Made by a program: the position numbers and the translations under genes. A stretch of DNA of 24,000 bases from Heliorestis convoluta (lineage in GTDB: Bacteria > Bacillota > Desulfitobacteriia > Heliobacteriales > Heliobacteriaceae), in contig NZ_CP045875.1 in the NCBI RefSeq assembly GCF_009649955.1, forward strand, positions 595,059 through 619,058. The letters run 5' to 3'. Positions 23,692 through 24,000 of the stretch are shown here, one piece after another. Numbering within the stretch: position 1 is the first letter of the stretch; every line of letters begins with the position of its first letter. The notes beneath the pieces were generated by a model. The model was not told the origin of the DNA, did no database searches, and saw nothing but the letters and a program-made list of their open reading frames with translations.

Positions 23692-23940
23692 ATAGAGCTT
23701 TTCTTGCTTCTTTTTAAAATAAGACAAACCAGCCACAGGTTGCTAGGAACAACCTGTGGCTGGTTTTTTGTTGCTTTAAAAATATTGGAAGACCTCTTTT
23801 TCTTGAAAACATTGCTCTTTCTAACTGAATTCCTTGTTGCTACCCCTGTCCTTCGAATGGAAGTATTGTGTCGCAATCCTCTATAAATCGAGGCACCATT
23901 TCTACCCCGGTCTTCTGCAACCCTAGCTACATAAGGCTTC
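23692..23940. repeat. direct repeat copy B (about 249 nt), upstream of the rpn-like gene
   Basis: Same element as 22320-22566. It contains a perfect 16-bp hairpin, aaccagccacaggttg-ctaggaa-caacctgtggctggtt (23727-23765). The hairpin is flanked by an A-run and a T-run, so it is bidirectional-terminator-like. Confidence 0.85.
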
Positions 23941-24000
23941 CCAGAGTCATTTTGCCGAACCTCTTAACGGTTCGAGTAAAAATGGATGTTTTTGCGTTAT

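Noticed and set aside
1710-23886. Short or antisense ORFs in the track: 1710-1892, 2124-2468, 3340-3552, 3482-3685, 3726-3917, 4118-4399, 5625-5882, 6086-6274, 6433-6702, 6858-7046, 7439-7708, 9026-9361, 9651-9848, 9758-9946, 10211-10492, 11518-11730, 12206-12523, 12621-13115, 13774-14046, 15996-16193, 16767-16958, 17765-18166, 19430-19663, 21403-21627, 21801-21983, 22460-22654, 22614-23153, 23328-23573, 23590-23886, 23667-23876
   Set aside because: All overlap much longer ORFs carrying clear family motifs, or lie inside repeat or intergenic DNA. They lack RBSs and have low-complexity or shadow-frame composition.
22320-23940. CRISPR array or tracrRNA-like interpretation of the repeated GTTGC...GCAAC sequences
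   Set aside because: There are only two long copies (about 247 nt) separated by a 1.1-kb gene. There are no short regularly spaced repeats, no spacers and no cas genes.
23927-24000. C-terminus of a TnpB-like gene (..NAKTSIFTRTVKRFGKMTLGSLM*), with the repeat core as its omega-RNA
   Set aside because: Only 23 codons are visible, and an open stretch that short is expected by chance. The N-A-x-x-S-I resemblance to the D.NAA.NI motif is weak. Copy A follows an unrelated gene. It is mentioned only as something to test when the flanking sequence is available.

Overview
Low-GC Firmicute-like chromosomal window, read by eye only with no searches run. The left two-thirds is mostly metal and oxyanion housekeeping. 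It holds a partial tyrosine recombinase at the left edge, a SpoVK-type AAA+ ATPase and an ECF CbiM/Q/O-like transporter with an atypical S-component. Next come an orphan cytoplasmic PAS histidine kinase, modABC, and an ars locus (arsC, then acr3-arsR) with a duplicated promoter/operator module. After those are a small hypothetical gene, a crcB pair with an ATC-hydrolase-like rider gene, a Uup-type ABC-F ATPase, a DoxX-like membrane protein and a glycerophosphodiesterase. From about 16.9 kb onward the window looks like an accessory patchwork. It starts with a roughly 134-nt fossil of arsC. A four-gene, fully soluble module follows: a signal-less PBP-fold protein, a HypB/UreG-like G3E GTPase, a permease-less ABC ATPase and a Cys-rich polyferredoxin. 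After that come a frameshifted membrane-anchored gene and an Rpn/YhgA-type PD-(D/E)XK 'transposase' bracketed by two direct repeats of about 247 nt. I recognise no characterised pathway in the four-gene module, so it is my best candidate for an undescribed system, possibly for metallocentre or cofactor handling. No rRNA, tRNA or CRISPR array was recognised. Several promoter-leader-terminator arrangements are flagged as candidate cis-regulators, but none could be assigned to a known riboswitch class.
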